A stretch of 64,000 nucleotides of DNA from an uncultured bacterium (GTDB lineage Bacteria > Armatimonadota > Abditibacteriia > Abditibacteriales > Abditibacteriaceae). A program made the translations under genes and the position numbers. This document shows positions 60,761-64,000 of the stretch, in pieces. Location of the stretch: assembly GCA_963843795.1 (NCBI GenBank), contig CAWJLW010000006.1:3236375-3300374 (forward strand). The letters run 5' to 3'. The notes beneath the pieces are model-generated. The model worked only from the letters and a program-made list of their open reading frames with translations. It was not told the origin of the DNA and did not search any database. The stretch's first letter is position 1. Each line of letters starts with the position of its first letter.

Positions 60761-63700
60761 TTATGGCGCGCTTTCAAAGGTTGCGTGCCACAAATACTTT
60801 GTAGAGTTTCGCAAAGGCAAAGGCGGGCGCTGATAACCGTTTTCCAGACTTGCCACGACGGTAGGAATGGCAACTTGCGGATTCGGATTGAAGCCTCCGA
60901 TGCGCCACAAAACTCCCCATCCATTTAAGCGATAACCGCCGATGAAATCGTCGTTGCGCCCCGCGATCAGGGTGATGTGGTCGGGCGCGCCACCGCCGCG
61001 TGGCAAGCCGCGATTTACGACGCTGCTGTGTTGCGCGATGGTGGCAGTTGTTGCGCCCAACAAAATTTCGGCATCACGGCCCACGCTCAAAGGTTCCGCT
61101 GCCTGCGCGACTTCGCCGCTGCCCATCGGCAAGCCCAATTGCGCCAAGCCCGCCGCGCCGATATTTTCGCGCTGCCATTTTCCATTCTCGTCCAGCCACG
61201 CCGCGCCGTAAAACGAAGCCGCGCCGGTCTCCCACCACTGCCCGCCATTTTGCACGTAGTTCCGAATTGCGTCCAGCGTTTGCGACCACGCGCCAGCCGC
61301 ACTTTCGGGAATGGTTTCAGTGTGCGGATTGATGATAGCGAAATACTTTTCGCGCCCGCTTTTCAGTGCGGCAAGTACTTGCTGCGGCGTTGAGAGCGTT
61401 TCGATTTCCAATCCGAATTGTTTTGCCAACCGGGAATTTTGCAACGCTTCGCGCCACATCGCAGGCGTAATTTCAGTCCAGCTCCAGCCGACAGCTTCGC
61501 CGAAATCTATCACGCCGATGCGCCGCTTTTCGCCATTGATAAGCGGCGCATCGCGGGGCGCAACATTTGTCAGAGCAGCGGGAATTTTCACGTTTTGTGC
61601 CTTGTCGTGCGCGGGAGTTTTGAGTTTTATCACGTTATTAGCAACCGTGAAATTTTGCGCGGTCTGGTTATCGAAACGCAGTTTGCCCGCGCCCGCAAAC
61701 GGCGCGGGCAAACTCACGCGCACATCGCTTGATTCGGGCGCGTAAATCCACAGTTCGCCACCTTTAGCATTGCTTTGAGCGATGAAAGCTGCTTCGTCGG
61801 GTTTTCCGCTATCAGCAGCTAACAAGCCGGGCGCACGCGCCGTGAAACTGGTTTGACCCGAGCGCAAATCGGCGTTAATCGTCACATCGCCATAAGCCGC
61901 GCTGATTTTCTGAGCGATGGCGTCGTGGGTAAAATTGTGGATTGGCGCGCCGGTCGAGCGCGCGCAGACCGATTTCTGAATGCGGTCGAGCCACAGCAGC
62001 CACTGGCGCGCGTCTTCGTTTTGTAGCGCGCTGGCGGGAGTGGAGTAGCTCATGTTGTAGCCGAGCGCTAAAGTCCAGGCGAGCGTGGACGGGTCGGTGA
62101 CGAACTGGCCTAGATCGTGGTGCAAAAAAGCGACTTTATCGTGCGCCATAATCTGCGCCAAAGGAAATAATTCCCAACAATTGGCGGGCCAGCGGTCGCT
62201 GAGCAAGCGCCGCCATTCGGGCGCGCCTCCGGTTGGAACCGTGCTGAAACTCATGCCACAAAACTGAGCTTCCCAGTTCATAACGCGATCCCAACCGTTT
62301 TCGGTCGAGAGAGGTCGCGTCTGTGCATCTTCACTCGCTTGTCGCACCATACCATCGATATAAGCGTAAGGCGTGGGCGATGAGGGATTGAGATCGTATT
62401 TCCAACTGCGCGCTCCGACCTGATCTTGAAACAGCACATCGACACCCAAATCCTGCACGAACTGCGCGCGAATTTTCCGATTCACCGCGCGTACGGCGGG
62501 ATGCCAGAAGGTGACCAGCCAACCATCGTTGGCACCGTATTTATCGTAATGCGGATTGCCATCCAACGCCAAAGCCAGCGGCGCTGTACCTTCGCGCAAA
62601 AACGTCGGGCCCCGCGGATGGTCACACCACCACGTCGGGTTGGTATAAGGCACCAGCAAATGTCCACGCGCGTGACCGTCATCGAACAACTGCTTCATTT
62701 GCGCCATCGTGCCGAAATTGGCATTGGGCGGCAGGTGGTCGGGCAATTCTTTATCGAAGCCGCCATGCAAATAATCTGCGAAATGAATTTGGGTGGGAAC
62801 CGGCAAATACTGTAAATTGGCGAGCTTCTGGGCCGCATTGCCGCTGTAATAAACCAACACCGAGCGCTTCCATTTGTCCAATAATTCGGGCGTCATTTTG
62901 TCTTGCAAACGGCGCGTGAAACCGTTGTCCCGCACATACTGACGCGCTTGATTTTCCGCACTATCGCCGACTGTCAAGCGCACAATCGGCGATTGCCAGC
63001 TTTGCCCGCTGGCGACAAAAGTTGCGAAATGACGATCCAGAAAACCTCCCTGCTCGTCGCTGCCGATTTCCCAATGCAAGGGCACAAAAATCGGTTCCGC
63101 AGCGGTTGCGGCTGTTACGAAATTGTGCGGCTGTGGGTTTTGAGGCTGCACACCGTAGAGCGAAGTACTTGCAGAGGCCTCTGCGCCATCGAAATGAAAA
63201 AAATCGGCGAATGAGCCGGGATAATCGGAGCCATAACTGAAATGCAATTCGGGTTTGAGCGCGCTGTAAAACGAGTAGCCGCCGGTTTCAAACCAGTGTC
63301 CGCCACCGCGCACCCAACCCGCGATAGCCTGCGCAGTTGCAATTGTGTCGCTGTTTTCGGGCACCGGTAGCCATTCGCCATACGGATTGACAATCGCCGC
63401 CCAATCGTCTTTTAAAGCCGCTATCATCTGAGCGGTCGAGTTAATTTCGATGAACTGCGCCGTGCCTGAATTGACGACCGGCAATTTCTGCAACCGAGCG
63501 CGCCATTCATCAACCGTCACACCCGCCCAACCACCGCTTTGCGGGCCGTTTTTTAAGGCCAACAAACCGATTTTACGACGTGGAGCGGGCGCTTTCGCTG
63601 CTTCGCTCGCCACATGATTCACCGTCGCGGCCACGAGAGCCGCGATATTTGGAATCGCCACGTTTTCCACGCCACCTCCGACGCGCCACAGCAAACCTGC

Positions 63701-64000
63701 TCCACCCAGCGCACTGCCAGCGAAATACGGCCCGTGCGCCGAATCGACCAGCACGACATCGACCTGCGAACGCAGCGAAGGCCGATTGACAACCAACGCA
63801 GTTTTCCCTAAAGTCGAAGCCAACTCGGCACCAAGCCATTCGCGTCCGGTTGGCGTGACAGTTAGTTCGATGGGCATTTCGTCTGTGGATCGCGAATCCA
63901 AAGCACCGCCCCACACTGCGCTATACGCCGCCGGGCTGCCGCCTGCGTTGCGCCAACTCGCGGGATTTGTGGCCGATTGAGTTCCGAAAAACGGCGTTTT
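60761..64000 (-). CDS. Very large protein (>1079 aa, 5'-truncated by the window edge) with a central glycoside-hydrolase-like domain flanked by duplicated GATase-like modules
   Basis: The frame is open from 64000. Central region GGFDKELPD.LPP...G, PYTNPTWW, GVDVLFQDQVG; duplicated module AIVNPYGE...GGHWFETGGYSFY / AIINPHTE...GGQWWETGAASFY. Confidence 0.7.
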   Translation of the reverse strand, partial: KTPFFGTQSATNPASWRNAGGSPAAYSAVWGGALDSRSTDEMPIELTVTPTGREWLGAELASTLGKTALVVNRPSLRSQVDVVLVDSAHGPYFAGSALGGAGLLWRVGGGVENVAIPNIAALVAATVNHVASEAAKAPAPRRKIGLLALKNGPQSGGWAGVTVDEWRARLQKLPVVNSGTAQFIEINSTAQMIAALKDDWAAIVNPYGEWLPVPENSDTIATAQAIAGWVRGGGHWFETGGYSFYSALKPELHFSYGSDYPGSFADFFHFDGAEASASTSLYGVQPQNPQPHNFVTAATAAEPIFVPLHWEIGSDEQGGFLDRHFATFVASGQSWQSPIVRLTVGDSAENQARQYVRDNGFTRRLQDKMTPELLDKWKRSVLVYYSGNAAQKLANLQYLPVPTQIHFADYLHGGFDKELPDHLPPNANFGTMAQMKQLFDDGHARGHLLVPYTNPTWWCDHPRGPTFLREGTAPLALALDGNPHYDKYGANDGWLVTFWHPAVRAVNRKIRAQFVQDLGVDVLFQDQVGARSWKYDLNPSSPTPYAYIDGMVRQASEDAQTRPLSTENGWDRVMNWEAQFCGMSFSTVPTGGAPEWRRLLSDRWPANCWELFPLAQIMAHDKVAFLHHDLGQFVTDPSTLAWTLALGYNMSYSTPASALQNEDARQWLLWLDRIQKSVCARSTGAPIHNFTHDAIAQKISAAYGDVTINADLRSGQTSFTARAPGLLAADSGKPDEAAFIAQSNAKGGELWIYAPESSDVRVSLPAPFAGAGKLRFDNQTAQNFTVANNVIKLKTPAHDKAQNVKIPAALTNVAPRDAPLINGEKRRIGVIDFGEAVGWSWTEITPAMWREALQNSRLAKQFGLEIETLSTPQQVLAALKSGREKYFAIINPHTETIPESAAGAWSQTLDAIRNYVQNGGQWWETGAASFYGAAWLDENGKWQRENIGAAGLAQLGLPMGSGEVAQAAEPLSVGRDAEILLGATTATIAQHSSVVNRGLPRGGGAPDHITLIAGRNDDFIGGYRLNGWGVLWRIGGFNPNPQVAIPTVVASLENGYQRPPLPLRNSTKYLWHATFESAP

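Larger units (their letters stand above)
1292..61382. repeat. Highly iterated dispersed palindrome GCAAGTACTTGC (40 exact copies by manual count)
   Basis: Exact copies start at 1292, 1880, 3382, 8593, 10132, 13080, 13131, 13444, 14385, 16208, 17689, 18724, 19018, 20691, 22020, 23222, 24493, 26388, 26428, 27930, 30234, 30744, 32068, 33170, 33282, 35027, 36375, 38880, 40783, 41261, 42442, 42455, 46463, 46476, 50080, 51905, 55411, 57343, 60721, 61371. Confidence 0.97.

Noticed and set aside
1292..61382. GCAAGTACTTGC copies as a CRISPR array
   Set aside because: The unit is only 12-16 bp, dispersed irregularly and partly inside genes, with no regular spacers and no cas genes.
1292..61382. GCAAGTACTTGC as an ordinary transcription-factor operator (e.g. 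an SOS box before uvrA)
   Set aside because: It is far too frequent and occurs after stop codons and inside CDSs as often as upstream of genes, which is not regulon-like.
1292..61382. Motif as adapter/linker contamination or synthetic insertion
   Set aside because: Coding copies keep frame and fit protein context, intergenic copies have locus-specific symmetric arms, and degenerate variants exist. Not formally excluded without an independent assembly.

Overview
A gene-dense bacterial chromosomal window. Gene content and style suggest an Armatimonadota/Abditibacteriota-like organism, but that is inference only. It carries housekeeping genes (uvrA, nadA, msrB, valS, catalase, tRNA-Pro), two surface-polysaccharide glycosyltransferase clusters, a Wsp-like chemosensory operon ending in a diguanylate cyclase, large secreted glycoside-hydrolase-like proteins and a pilin-like/chaperone-like/secretin locus. 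The main unexplained signal is a highly iterated 12-bp palindrome, GCAAGTACTTGC. By manual count there are 40 exact copies plus about 9 near copies in 64 kb, against about 0.004 expected by chance. 26 copies are intergenic, often as the centre of 28-44 bp perfect palindromic terminator-like hairpins. 14 lie inside genes, using all three codon phases (QVL, KYL, ASTC). This resembles cyanobacterial HIP1 and DNA-uptake sequences but has a different sequence. A separate GTAG-type REP/REPIN family occurs twice. Seven apparent frameshifts in otherwise intact genes point to indel errors in the assembly rather than real pseudogenes.
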